In this document: piece after piece, positions 1 to 11,901 of the stretch
Layout of the letters: each line of letters starts with the position of its first letter
How positions within the stretch are numbered: the first letter of the stretch is position 1
Source of the DNA: Eledone cirrhosa
Lineage: Eukaryota
DNA length: 64,000 nucleotides
Direction: 5' to 3'
Assembly (NCBI GenBank): GCA_964016885.1
Contig: OZ024742.1
Span: 377,332,001 to 377,396,000, forward strand
The notes under the pieces: generated by a model
What the model saw: only the letters and a program-made list of their open reading frames with translations
Database searches by the model: none
Told to the model about the DNA's origin: nothing
Program-made: the position numbers and the translations under genes

Positions 1-1833
1 GTCTTGTCATGGGATGGATAGACTACAAAAAGGCATTTGACATGGTGCCTCATTCTTGGATCACCAAAAGCCTGGAGATCTTCAAGGTGGCAGATAACAT
101 CAGGCAGTTGTTGGGCAAAAGTATGAAGTCCTGGGAAACCGAGTTAACATCAACTGGAGAATCCTTGGAAAGCGTGAAGATCAAGAGAGGTATCTTCCAG
201 GGAGATAGTCTGTCCCCTCTGTTGTTTGTCCTTGCCCTGATGCCCCTGACCAGTGTACTGCGAAAAGTGAGAGCAGGATACAGGTTGGGAAAGGGAGGGC
301 TTACCATCAATCACCTCCTCTTCATGGACGATCTTAAGCTCTTCGGGAAGAGTGAGAAGGAGTTGGATGTGCTTGTTGACACTGTCGTATTTTCAGCAAT
401 GATATATGTATGCCATTTGGTATTAGTAAGTGTGGAGTCATTGGGATGAGAAGGGGTAAGTTGAGCAGAAGTAACGGAATCCAGATACCAACAGGTGAGA
501 TGATAATAGAAATTGACTCTGAAGAAGGATACAAGTATTTGGGCGTTCTGGAGGCTGATGACATCAAGAACAAAAAAATGAAGGAATTGATAAGAACTGA
601 ATACCTTCGGAGAGTAAGGAGCGTATTAAAGTCACATCTGAACAGTAGGAATGCCATAAGTGCAGTAAATTCCCGAGCTGTGTCTATTATTAGGTACAGT
701 GCGGGAATTCTGAGATGGAATGTTGCTGAACAAAAAGAAATGGATAGGAAGACTAGGAAGCTATTGACTATCTACAACATGTTCCACAATAGGAGTGATG
801 TCGATAGACTCTACTTAAGGAGATCTGAGGGTGGAAGAGGTCTTATCAGCATAGAGGACTGTGTTCAGATGGAGAAAAACAACCTACACAAATACGTGAC
901 TGATAGTAAGGAGCCAATGCTCAGAACTGTACTGAAGGAGTGGACAATAGACCAGGGGATGTCCAAGGAGGTAATAACATCAAGGAGAAAGAGCAGCCTT
1001 CAGGAAAAATCCCTTCATAGTACCTTCTTTGAGAAAACGAACTTAGAGATCCACAGACATGGAACTGGTTGAAAAGAGGAGACCTTAAAAAGGCTACAGA
1101 AGGAATGTTAATGGCTGCGCAGGAGCAGGCCCTCAAAACGAAGTGCTTGAAACACCACATTTACAAGGAGGAGGCTATCCCACTGTGCAGGATCTGTGGA
1201 GAGAGAGAGAAGACTGTGGCTCACATTGTATCCGAGTATAAACACCTAGCCCAGACTCACTATAAGGGCTAGAGACATGATGTGATGGGCAGGGTAATCG
1301 ACTGGCACCTGTGCAAAGTAAACAATTTACCACATTCTGAGAAGTGGTATGAGCATAAGCCAGAGGCGGTGATAGAAAACGATCAGGTGAAGGTGCTGTG
1401 GGATTTTAGGATACAGACGGACAAGAAACTGGAACACAATAGACCTGACCTGGTGGTTTTGGACAAAGAAAAAAGATCGTGCCTGATTGTGGATGTGGCC
1501 TGCCCATTCGACACGAGAGTGCAAGAGAAGGAGAGGGAGAAAATTAACCGATACCAGGACTTAAAGTGGGAGGGAAAAAGGATTTGGAACTGCCATGAAG
1601 TCAGAGTGATCCCGATTGTCATAGGCGCACTAGGGACTATCTCAAAAAGTTTCCAGGGATGGTTAAAGAAAATTAGCCCCTTCACGCTTTTTGGAACGCT
1701 TCAAAGGGCATGCTTGCTGGGAACAGTAAGAACCCTCCTATAGGTCCTGAATATCTGAGGCTGCAGGTAGTGGCTTGATATTCATCTCAACAAACTTTCC
1801 AGTTAACTAAAATCAATGACTGAGACTCAAAGA
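1..1833 (+). mobile_element. R4/Dong-clade non-LTR retrotransposon, family A copy 1 (RT-CCHC-RLE); frameshifted, 5' end outside window
   Basis: ORFs 9-449, 410-1072, 1069-1272 and 1282-1743 carry RT motifs (WIDYKKAFDMV, GIFQGDSLSP, FMDD, YKYLG), zinc knuckle CRIC..H, and RLE RPD..DVACP..EK..Y. Short 3' UTR runs into (TAA)n. Confidence 0.93.
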
Positions 1834-1871
1834 GTAATAACAATAGTAATAATAATAATAATAATAATAAT
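1834..1871 (+). repeat. (TAA)n microsatellite, Dong tail/target
   Basis: Direct reading. Confidence 0.95.
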
Positions 1872-3313
1872 GTTTGTGAAGGAAACGGAATCAAGCACTC
1901 GAAAATGAGGGAAAGGATACGGAAGGAATGTTACCGCAGAGTAAGAGCAATCTTAAGAACGGAATTGAATGCAAGGAATAGGACCGATGCCATAAACACG
2001 CTTGCCATACCAGTAGTAACCTACAGTTACAATGTCATCAACTGGTCAAGCACAGAGATCCGTAGGCTCGATACAAAAATTAGAAAATTCTTAACCATGC
2101 ACAGAATGCATCACCCTAAGGCAGATACAGATAGAATATATCTCCCTAGGAAAGAAGGAGGACGTGGGTTAATCCAGTTAGACATTGCGTTGAAAACTGC
2201 AACAATTGGATTATCTACATATCTAAGGGAATCACATGATTGGATGATCAAACTCGTTTTGAAACACGAAAGCATCAAAAGATCATATTCCATTACAAAA
2301 GATGCACAAAGATACAGTAATGGACTACAAATTTCAGAAGTCCCATTTACTGCTGAAATGTGAAACACAGAAAAAGCAAAGCAGGTAAAAGTAACTGCAA
2401 AGAAATGGCAAGAAAAGCCTCTATATCGAAAATACCCAGAAAGAGCTAACAATCCTGATGTTGACAAAACTTTAACCCATCAGTGGTTGGCATCCTCTGG
2501 ACTGAAATCGGAGACTGAAGGACTGATTATATCAGCACAAGCTCAGTGTCTGCCAACAAAAAATTACCAAGCCAACATAATAAAAAATGTATGCAACCCA
2601 TTATGCCGTGTATGTAAAAAACAACCAGAGACCATTGATCATATAATTTCAATGTGCAGTCCTATAGCTCCAACCGAATACCTAAACAGGCATGACAGAG
2701 CTGCAAAATACATACATTGGATAATGTGTAAGCATTTTGACCTGCCCCATCAAAAGAATTGGTGGGAGCATCAACCACCTCCCATACTTGAAAAAGATCA
2801 CATCTCAATCTTGTGGAACTTTAGCATCCGAACAGACCGAAAAATAGATGCAAAAAGACCTGATATAATACTGAAGGACTTTAAAAGAGAGTATGCCTGC
2901 TAATTGATATGTCCGTTCCAATAGACAAGAATGTATCTATAAAAACATTTGAAAAATTGAGCAAGTATAAGGACCTGGAGATAGAAATTGGAAAAATGTG
3001 GAAATTGAGAACTAAAACAATACCTGTGGTTGTAGGCGCTCTAGGAATGATACCTATGGCGTCTAATGGTTACTTATCGCAAATCCCAGGAAACCCGCGT
3101 ATAGGAGAAATACAAAAGATAGTACTAATGGGAACTGCCCATATACTAAGGAAGATTCTGTCAATATAAGTACATCACAAGTCTAAACACCTAAAGATGC
3201 ATGTGTGAGTATGTATGTTCTTTCTTGAACATGGCGGACCTTGTTGTCTCTTGAGGTCACTGGTTGTGACTTGGTGATAACTCGTATGAACATAAAGCAA
3301 GATAAACGCAACT

Positions 3314-3314
<1 letters not shown>
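1872..3314 (+). mobile_element. R4/Dong-clade element, family B, 5'-truncated and disrupted
   Basis: ORFs 1905-2363, 2487-2903 and 2909-3169: thumb region (R.Y.PRKEGGRGL), CRVC..H....C knuckle, KRPD...EKLSKY RLE. Homologous to family A but clearly divergent. Flanked by (TAA)n on both sides. Confidence 0.92.

Positions 3315-3377
<63 letters not shown>
3315..3377 (+). repeat. (TAA)n microsatellite
   Basis: Direct reading. Confidence 0.97.
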
Positions 3378-3379
<2 letters not shown>

Positions 3380-5153
3380 TTGACATGGTGCCTCATTCTT
3401 GGATCACCAAAAGCCTGGAGATCTTCAAGGTGGCAGATAACATCAGACAGTTGTTGGGCAAAAATATGAAGTCCTGGGAAACAGAGTTAACATCAACTTC
3501 AGAATCCTTGGGAAGCGTGAAGATCAAGAGAGGTACCTTCCAGGGAGATAGTCTGACCCCTCTGTTGTTTGTCCTTGCCCTGGTGACCCTGACCAGTGTA
3601 CTGCGAAAAGTGAGAGCAGGATACGGGTTGGGAAAGGGAGGGCTTACCATCAATCACCTCCTCTTGATGGACGATCTTAAGCTCTTCGGGAAGAGTGAGA
3701 AGGAGTTGGATGTGCTTGTTGACACTGTCCGTATTTTCAGCAATGATATATGTATGCAATTTGGTATTAGTAAGTGTGGAGTCATTGTGATGAGGAGGGG
3801 TAAGTTGAGCAGAAGTAACGGAATCCAGATAACAACAGGTGAGATGATAAAGGAAATTGACTCTGAGTAAGGATACAAGTATTTGGGCGTTCTGGAGGCT
3901 TATGACATCAAGAACAAAAAAATGAAGGAATTGATAAGAACTGAATACCTTCGGAGAGTAAGGAGCGTATTAAAGTCACATCTGAACAGTAGGAATGCCA
4001 TAAGTGCAGTAAATTCCCGAGCTGTGTCTATTATTAGGTACAGTGCGGGAATTCTGAGATGGAATGTTGCTGAAAAAAAAGAAATGGATAGGAAGCTATT
4101 GACTATCTACAACATGTTCCACAAAAGGAGTAATGTCGATAGACTCTACTTAAGGAGATCTGAGGGTAGAAGAGGTCTTATCAGCATAGAGAACTGTGTT
4201 CAGATGGAGAAAAACAACCTACACAAATATGTGACTGATAGTAAGGAGCCAATGCTCAGAACTGTACTGACAGAGGGGACAGTAGGCCAGGGGATGTCCA
4301 AGGAGGAAATAACATCGAGGAGAAAGAGCAGCCTTCAGGAAAAATCCCTTCATAGTTCCTTCTTAGAGATCCACAGACATGGAACTGGTTGAAAACAGGA
4401 GACCGTAAAAAGGCTACAGAAGGAATGTTAATGGCTGCGCAGGAGCAGGCCCTCAAAACGAAGTGCTTGAAACACCACATTTACAAGGAGGAGGCTAGCC
4501 CACTTTGCAGGATCTGTGGAGAGAGAGAGGAGACTGTGGCTCACATTGTATCCGAGTGTAAACACCTAGCCCAGACTCACTATAAGGGCTGGAGACATGA
4601 TGTGATGGGCAGGGTAATCCACTGGCACCTATGCAAAGTAAACAATTTACCACATTCTGAGAAGTGGTATGAGCATAAGCCAGAGGCGGTGATAGAAAAC
4701 GATCAGGTGAAGGTGCTGTGGGATTTTAGGATACAGACGGACAAGAAACTGGAACACAATAGACCTGACCTGGTGGTTTTGGACAGGAAAAAGATCGTGC
4801 CTGATTGTGGATGTGGCCTGCCCATTCGACACGAGAGTGCAAGAGAAGGATAGGGAGAAAATTAACCGATACCAGGACTTAAAGTGGGAGGTAAAAAGGA
4901 TTTGGAACTGCCATGAAGTCAAAGTGATCCCGATTGTCATAGGCGCACTAGGGACTATTTCAAAAAGTTTCCAGGGATGGTTAAAGAATATTGGCCCCTT
5001 CACGCTTTTTGGAACGCTTCAAAAGGCATGCTGGCTGGGAACAGCAAGAACCCTCCGATAGGTCCTGAATATCTGAGGCTGCAGGTAGTGGCTTGATATT
5101 CATTTCAACAAACATTCCAGTTAACTAAAATCAATGACTGAGACTCAAAGAGT
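3378..5153 (+). mobile_element. R4/Dong-clade element, family A copy 2, 5'-truncated within RT
   Basis: Near-identical to 35-1833 from ATTTGACATGGTGCC through the 3' UTR GACTGAGACTCAAAGAG. Stop near 3868, small deletions and frameshifts. Confidence 0.94.
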
Positions 5154-5159
5154 AATAAC

Positions 5160-5204
<45 letters not shown>
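5154..5204 (+). repeat. (TAA)n microsatellite
   Basis: Direct reading. Confidence 0.96.
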
Positions 5205-5205
<1 letters not shown>

Positions 5206-6455
5206 TTTTTTTGTTTTCTTTATTAACCACAAGGGTTTACATACAGTAGACATTAAGGACAGTACAGGACAATACAGGACGGTACAAATGGGCATTTCTG
5301 CGTGTAAAAAAAACAGAGGATGTAATAAAATAACAAAGAAAGATTCCCCAATAGGGGGGAGACTTCCGAGGGACATTTGTGGAGAAAGCCCATTAAAAGA
5401 CCACAGTGACCCTGACCACGAGGGCAAGTGCCCTCTCCCAGTTTTCCACCTTTAATTTACAGACACATACTCAGAGAAGGCCCATTCACTCGGGCCATTC
5501 TTGCTTCTGTCACCCATCTTTAAACAAAATGCTGGGAAGAGAGCACTTCCCTTTCTACCCTGATTTTCCTTTTCAAATGAAATTTGAAAAAGTTAATCAG
5601 GGCATCACCGAAGAGGTAAGTGCTCGTCTTCAGCCCTTTCAAACGTGTCCACCATACTATCACTTTTGCCATGGCCACCAGACAGATAAAAACTGCCTGC
5701 CCTTCCCGGCTAAATGAAGAGGGCGGGGCAATCCTCACGATGGACTCAGCTGATAGCTGGATCCGTCCTACACGCGACAGCAGGTGTTCGACATAAACCC
5801 ACAAGTCAGCAATGCTCGGACACTGGACGAGTGCGTGCAGGACGGTTTCGTCGCCCTGCGCGCATCTCGGACATGCACGGCTGATGGCACCTCCATGCCT
5901 GTAGAGTTTATCCCGAACTGGCAACTCTCATCGGTAGCACTACCAGGCCAGGGATTTCTGGAAGTTGTCCATAGGTCCCGGCCCGAAAGTTCTTCCGAAG
6001 AGATTGGCTAATTGATTTTCGTCGACGCCTAGAGTTTCCCCAAGTACGTCGTCGCTCTTCCCCTCCACTAATACTCTATAGAACGCCAAGGTGGAGTTTC
6101 CACCGATCACATTGCCCGATTGGTCGAGGGCTGTGAGCGCCTGAAGACATTTCAGTCTCCAAGCGTTCCCTCTCGGTCTTCGCTTGACCCAGGACTGCAG
6201 CTCCGTCAAGGAGACGAGCTGGGGAAAGACGTGTCTAACAAACGGAGACCACACCTGATCACCGTCGAGGAAGAGGTGGAGATGTCGTAGCCTGAGCGCG
6301 TGTCTGCGCATCATAAGCCACGGCATTCCCAGCCCTCCACGTAGCGGGTGTTGACAGCAGATGGACCGCCTGACCATCGGAGCGCGTCCCTTCCACAAAA
6401 AGCGAAAGAGCAAACGCTCCAGCGCAGTCAGGTGGGGCTTAGGACAAGGTACGAC
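5205..6455 (-). mobile_element. L1/Tx1-type LINE, 5'-truncated (ORF2 C-terminus with zf-RVT knuckle and 3' UTR)
   Basis: ORFs 5940-6413 (FRFLW..GGLGMP) and 5520-5924 (LPVRDKL..CPRC....ETVLHALVQC) separated by stops. The 3' end on - reads AATAAAGAAAACAAAAAAAC, then (ATT)n. Confidence 0.88.
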
Positions 6456-6466
6456 TGAGACTCAAA

Positions 6467-6521
<55 letters not shown>
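6453..6521 (+). repeat. Duplicated Dong-A 3' terminus (GACTGAGACTCAAAGA) plus (TAA)n; probable target-site duplication of the Tx1 copy
   Basis: 16-mer at 6453-6468 is identical to 5136-5151 and both are followed by TAA repeats. Confidence 0.7.
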
Positions 6522-6523
<2 letters not shown>

Positions 6524-9125
6524 TTTCATTTATTAGGCACAAGGGCCGACATGTAGGGGACAATACAAAGACAGAGACAGTGGGGGTTTACAATAAGGTC
6601 GAGTAAAAGTGCGCAATGGCAAGTATAATTTAACAATGAGGATATAAAAAATATAAAATAAACTATGCATAAATATAACAAAATAAATTCCCCGATAGAG
6701 GGTGGATGACCTTGGGCTGACTCGGGTACCCCACCAATCCTGAACCACCCTGCGCTTCTAGGGCACCCAGGGAGAGCACCCCTCTCCTCAAGTTAGCTAG
6801 CCTATAGGCGCATGTCCATCGTCGCCGGCTCGAAAGTCCTCCGGTACAGACCGGTCAGTTCGACTTCGTCGAGGCCCAAAGCTTCTCCGAGTACGTCATC
6901 GCACTTGCCCACCACTAATCCTCTATAGAACTCGAGAGTGGAAGTTCCACTGATCGCATTGCCCGCTTGGTAGAGGGAAGTGAGTGCCTGGCAACATTCC
7001 AGGTGCCAGTCACCCAGTCTCGGTCTCGTCTTCACCCAGGACTGCAGCTCAGTCAAAGAAACGAGCTGCAGAAAGGCCCGTCTGATAAACGGCGACCACA
7101 CCTGTTCACCGTTTAGGAAGAATATCTGGAGATGTCGCAGCCTCAACGCATGTCTGCGCATCATTAGCCACGGCATGCCCAGCCCTCCGCGTAGAGGGTG
7201 CTGGCAGCAGATGGACCGCCTCACCAACGGAACTTGTTCCCTCCACAAGAATTTGAAGAGGAGCCGTTCCAACTTAACGAGGCGCGGACGGGGTCAAGGC
7301 ACGACGGTCAGGCGGTAGTAGATGACGGAGGCGATGTACGCATTCCCCACCTCCGCGCGACCTTTCAGTGATAGCTTCCTCCCAGCCCATTTTTGGGTGA
7401 GACTGGCTACTCTGCTCGTTACCTCGTCCCAATTCTTTTCCACCTGGAGGTCTGGTCCGAACCAAACCCCGAGCAACTTTACCGGTCCGTACGTCCAGCG
7501 CCCCACGACGCTGTTGGACGGCATGGGCTTGCCTCTCCAGGTTCCGAACTGCAAGCCCACCGACTTTTCCGGGTTAAGTTTGGCTCCTGTCAACCTTTCA
7601 TATTCCTTCAATAAGGTGCCGACCACCTCGATTTCTGAAGTGTTCGAAACCATCACGGTGATGTCGTCCGCATAAGCCGACACCGCCTTTCCACGTCCCG
7701 GTTCGAGCGGGATGCCCTGCAACAGCTCCAGCTTCCGTAGTAAAGGCTCGAGAGTCAATACGTACAGAAGGGAAGAGAGAGGGCACTCTTGACGGACCGA
7801 TCGGGAGAGCCGAAATGGTTCCGAGAGGTGGCCATTAACTTTGACCACCGAGCGTGTGCCGCTGTGCAATGCAGCGATCCAGCTTCTGAAGACAGGCTCG
7901 AAGCCAGCTGATTTGAGGACAAACTCCAGATACCGATGGCCGACCCTATCGAATGCTTTCGATTGATCTAAATTGATCAGTTCCCCACCGAAGCCAGGTT
8001 TACACCCTACCCTCTCTATGATGTATCGCATGAGGTGGAGATTGTCGTGTATGGACCTAGCTGGGATTGCGCAAGTTTGCGTATCCCAACCAAATCCTCG
8101 ACGGCAAGCGCCAACCTCTTTGCTAACACCTTGGCCAAAATCTTAAACTCTGTGTTGAGCAGAGTTATGGGCCTGAAGTTGTCTAATGTATCCCTCTTGT
8201 TCTCGTCTTTCCTTATCAGCGTCAGCACTCCCCTGCTCACAGAACTGGGAATACTCCCATTCTGCTTCCAATTGCAGTACAGTCCTTCGAGGAGATCGGA
8301 GAACAAGTCAAACTTATCTACCAACTCCCCCTCCTTTCTATTTTTCTCTAACGCTAGTTCTTTGCTGAACTCTATCGAAGTTACTCTAATCACTCTTTTG
8401 ATAGGCCCCCACCATCTGTTGTTGATGATCCTCTCTGTCAACCTTTGCTTAACTAAATTGTTGACTCGGTCCCTGTAAGCCTTACGTGCCGGAAATGACA
8501 TGTGCAGCTGCCAGTAACCCGGTTCAAACCTACGCGTTTTATCTAGGTCGACCATACAGATCACAAATTTGTGATCTGAATAGGCGACCGTTTTAAAAAG
8601 TGGGCAGCCTACACTATTTCTATCTATTTTCCTAATGAAGATCCTGTCTACGATCTATATGACCCCATTCGTTTGGTCCATGTCCATACTGGCACATTGG
8701 GGAAATCTAGTCGATACCTGTTAGACAGTTGGAACTGGCTGAGTAGATGCTTGAGGCTTTTGCACCCCCTCTTCTATCAGCTACTCCCACACAATCCCAG
8801 CGTGTCTAAGATGCCATTCCAGTCCCCCGCTAACAGTAAAGGGCGAGACGTACCCAGAAAGGTCTCCAGGCGCCTAAATAAGTCCGGTCGTCCGGCCCCT
8901 GTCGGGGCGTAGACGGTCAGCAGTCTAAAGGCACCACCTTCGCTACTGCTCACATCCAAGACCACCAACTTACCGTCCAGGTCCCGGAAGATCGACCTTA
9001 CCTCGAGATCCAGTCCTTTCCTAAACAGCACTGCCACCCCACCTCCCATTCCCGGCCTGCTAACAGATGCGAAGATCTGATAGTCGTCGAAAATGGGTTC
9101 TAGTGTGCGCGTGTCGGAAATTCTG
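6522..9125 (-). mobile_element. L1/Tx1-type LINE, second subfamily: APE endonuclease + RT with internal deletions
   Basis: 8777-9125 APE (GGGVAVLF, VYAP, LAGDWN). 8016-8564 NFRPITLLNTEFKILAK. 7294-8031 RT (DQSKAFDRV, QECPLS, YADD). 6802-7272 is paralogous to 5940-6413. Zinc-knuckle region deleted near 6805. 3' end AATAAATGAAATC(ATT)n. Confidence 0.9.
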
Positions 9126-9362
9126 TTGTTAGGGTTTCTTTTGGGAACCCCTTTAAAAGTCTCGATGTGGGTTTCACATTCGGGGTTCCCACGTCTTGAG
9201 GAAAGCTCTCCCGAATTTCTTTGAAGGAATCGAGTGACATTCGGACCTGAAGCAAATCTTCTGGCACGCAAAATGTGCTCATTTCAAAGATCTCCCCCCT
9301 CCCCTGTTTGAATGTCCTCGCTTCGTGCTAAGAGGGCCATCAGTTTATCGTTGGCACGAAGT
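9126..9362 (-). pseudogene. Possible ORF1 remnant of the Tx1-type element, joined to APE by deletion
   Basis: Open frame (MSTFCVPEDLLQV...RLLKGFPKETL) on the same strand directly upstream of APE; no diagnostic motif. Confidence 0.25.
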
Positions 9363-9429
9363 TTTTAACATTTTGTTGGTGTGGTTTTATTTGTTTTCGT
9401 TTTGGTGACTGTGGTGGGGATGGTTTTGC

Positions 9430-9495
9430 TGGTGTTGTTGAGCAAGACACTTTATTTCACATTGCTCCAGTTTACTCAGTTGTAGAAATGAGATG
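9430..9495 (+). mobile_element. SINE central-domain fragment
   Basis: TTGAGCAAGACACTTTATTTCACATTGCTCCAGTTTACTCAG matches the reverse complement of 14820-14860 and CORE-type SINE bodies. Confidence 0.65.
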
Positions 9496-9972
9496 AGAGG
9501 ACTGGGGTCCCTATCATTAAAATCACCCAAGACACCTCCAACGAGATATATTTTGGAGGAGGCCAGCTAAACCTGCATAAGTGTGAGCTGTAACAACAAC
9601 AACCTCAATATCATTACGATCTATATCTCGACTTTATTGACTTCAAAGCAGACTTTGGCTGTGTCATCTAATTGGTTCAAGCATTGAACGAATATTTAAC
9701 TTATGTAGTTCTGAATAATATCAGAGACTTACTGGAGTGTGTCAAATCCATTTTCTCTTCTTAGTGCTTTTCAACGTCTTCCCTACAAAACAACCAACAC
9801 AAGACTCTAAGGGACTTTCACAACCCTATGTCTATCGGGGAATGGTCCATTTTCAAGCTGAATTCTACTGACAATATTGACCAAATGAGATACGGCAAAG
9901 CAGAGCTCTAACAACTCTCCACACCAAGATGGTGTAGGACAGAACAAAAGGGAGACACAAAATATAAACCCA

Positions 9973-10015
9973 GTCACTGAAGAGGTCACAGAATGTGTGA
10001 CGAAAGAGCTTCGAC
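9973..10015 (+). ncRNA. Degenerate minimal hammerhead ribozyme (PLE pLTR type)
   Basis: CTGAAGA-G-GTCACA/TGTGAC helix II-GAAA-GAGCTTC. Helix I GTC/GAC is offset by one base. Confidence 0.5.
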
Positions 10016-10218
10016 AATATATAAGCAACATTCCGGTTATCAAACCAACCAACCTGTCAACCGAAAAGTTATAATAAATTAAAGTGAAAACCAACAGGTG
10101 CGCTAGTTTTTATTGGTAGCATGGCCCTCCCAAAGTATAACAATATCTGTTTCAACATACGTTTTCAGATAAGAAATCTTGCAAAACAGATTAAAAAACG
10201 AAGTGTATATATATATAT

Positions 10219-10436
10219 AGATTAGAGCAAACATCACGGCCGCTCTATCTCAAAATTATTTTTGTAAAGCATTAGAAATGCGCAACCGGTAAAAACTTAA
10301 AACCAAAACTGAATACTAACCAATACTTATTACTAATTTTTCCTTATTCCTAATTAAACTATTTTTCACTGGGAACAATTTGTTAGCATTTTCTTTTCCT
10401 TTATATCACAACTCGTGTGTTACACCTCTATTCTTT

Positions 10437-10440
<4 letters not shown>
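10219..10440 (+). mobile_element. PLE pLTR-like fragment between (TA)n tracts with degenerate HHR at 10258-10295
   Basis: TTGTAAA-GCAT..ATGC-GCAACCGGTA resembles the 11910-11939 motif; flanked by TA repeats. Confidence 0.5.

Positions 10441-10515
<75 letters not shown>
10441..10515. repeat. (TA)n microsatellite
   Basis: Direct reading. Confidence 0.97.
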
Positions 10516-10517
<2 letters not shown>

Positions 10518-11484
10518 TAAATTACCTACCACAAACCCACAACCAAGTGTAAAAAAATGTGGTCGCTCTAACTGTGGAACCTGCACTCACCTCATTGAAG
10601 GCAACAATACATTTTAATCAGGACAAAATTTTGTTGTAAAAAATCACTTCACTTGCTCATCAAAACATTTAATTTATGCCATTAAATGTAAAGGATGCAA
10701 TGAAGATTATATAGGACAAACTAAACTCACACTCAGAAACAGAATGACAGTTCATCGCCAACAATTACGAGACCCTACCACAAGACAGATACCACTCAGT
10801 GCACCTCTAGACATATGCGCAAGTAATAAGACACCCAAATTCCAAGTCTTCCCATTTTATCTTTGCGCTGACAATACAACAGAACAAATACGAATAAATA
10901 AGGAAAATATGTTTATTCAAAAATATAGACCAGCATTAAATACAGTTTAATATACATTATGTCAACACCATAACATGCTAACCATCCAAACAGGCACATA
11001 CATACACACACACATAACACCTTTTATATTCGAAAATAAAAACTAGAGCTAAATAAACCTTAACATACATTAATACTCTAACACCTTAACATGCTAACCA
11101 TACCCCCCCCCCCACACACACATAACTCCCTCCCCCATTTCTACTAACGGAATCATTCCCCCCCCCACACAAATATATATTCTCTCCATCTTAATATGCT
11201 AACCATACTCCCACACACATACACATACACATATAACACCCATACACACACACACACATAACTCCCTCCCCCATTTCTACTAATAGAATCATTTTCCTAC
11301 ACACACACACACACACACATCACCACACAAATAAAAATATATATCTCTACTTTCTTTATTTCAATAGACACCCCACCACATCAGCCATACTCACTGAACC
11401 AGAACAATTCTCCCCGTACCTTTTTTCTTGACCATTATCTTTTGTTTGGCACAAAATTCTCTAAATGGCTACAAAGAATTCCCA

Positions 11485-11870
11485 AATACGGGAGCGAAAT
11501 TTAATGTACTTATTCACGTGACAGTCATAACCAATCAAATTACATTTATAAAAAAACATTTTGAGCCACTTTTTTAAGTGAAAAGAAAAGAACCTTCAAA
11601 GACGAACTGGCGCGAAAGTTGATGTGCTTATTCACATGACTGCATCAACCAACCAAATTTCACTCATATATTAAAAAACAATCTGAGTCCCCCCACCCCT
11701 TTTTTAAAGGCAAATATAATAAGAACTTTGTAACGCGAACTGGCGCGAAATTTATTATACTTATGCACGTGACAGTCATCAACCTACCAAATTACTTTTC
11801 TAAAAAAACCTAGCATTTCGAGCCACTTTTTCCCACATAAAACAGAAGTAAGATTCGAACACCAATCAGA
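11485..11870 (+). promoter_or_regulatory. Three ~118-133 bp direct repeats with E2F-like, E-box and CCAAT motifs (putative pLTR promoter)
   Basis: GG(A/C)GCGAAA at 11491, 11609, 11742; (T/G)CAC(G/A)TGAC at 11514, 11632, 11765; CCAAT at 11531, 11862. Confidence 0.5.
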
Positions 11871-11901
11871 TGCGAGAAAAACCACGAATCTTCCATCTCA
11901 A

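Noticed and set aside
3288-3318. Dong-B 3' end (AACATAA..AACTGTAA) as the source of the satellite monomer
   Set aside because: Only 7-8 bp AT-rich matches, within chance expectation.
3175-3396. Poly-I/L/N/Y ORFs (also 5131-5427 and 6361-6606)
   Set aside because: Read-through of (TAA)n tracts.
50-8912. Antisense ORFs overlapping the retrotransposon reading frames
   Set aside because: Shadows of the RT coding strand with no independent motifs.
9621-9666. LYLDFIDFKADFGCV, resembling the RT motif FIDFKKAFDSV
   Set aside because: Only 15 codons with no supporting flanking homology visible.
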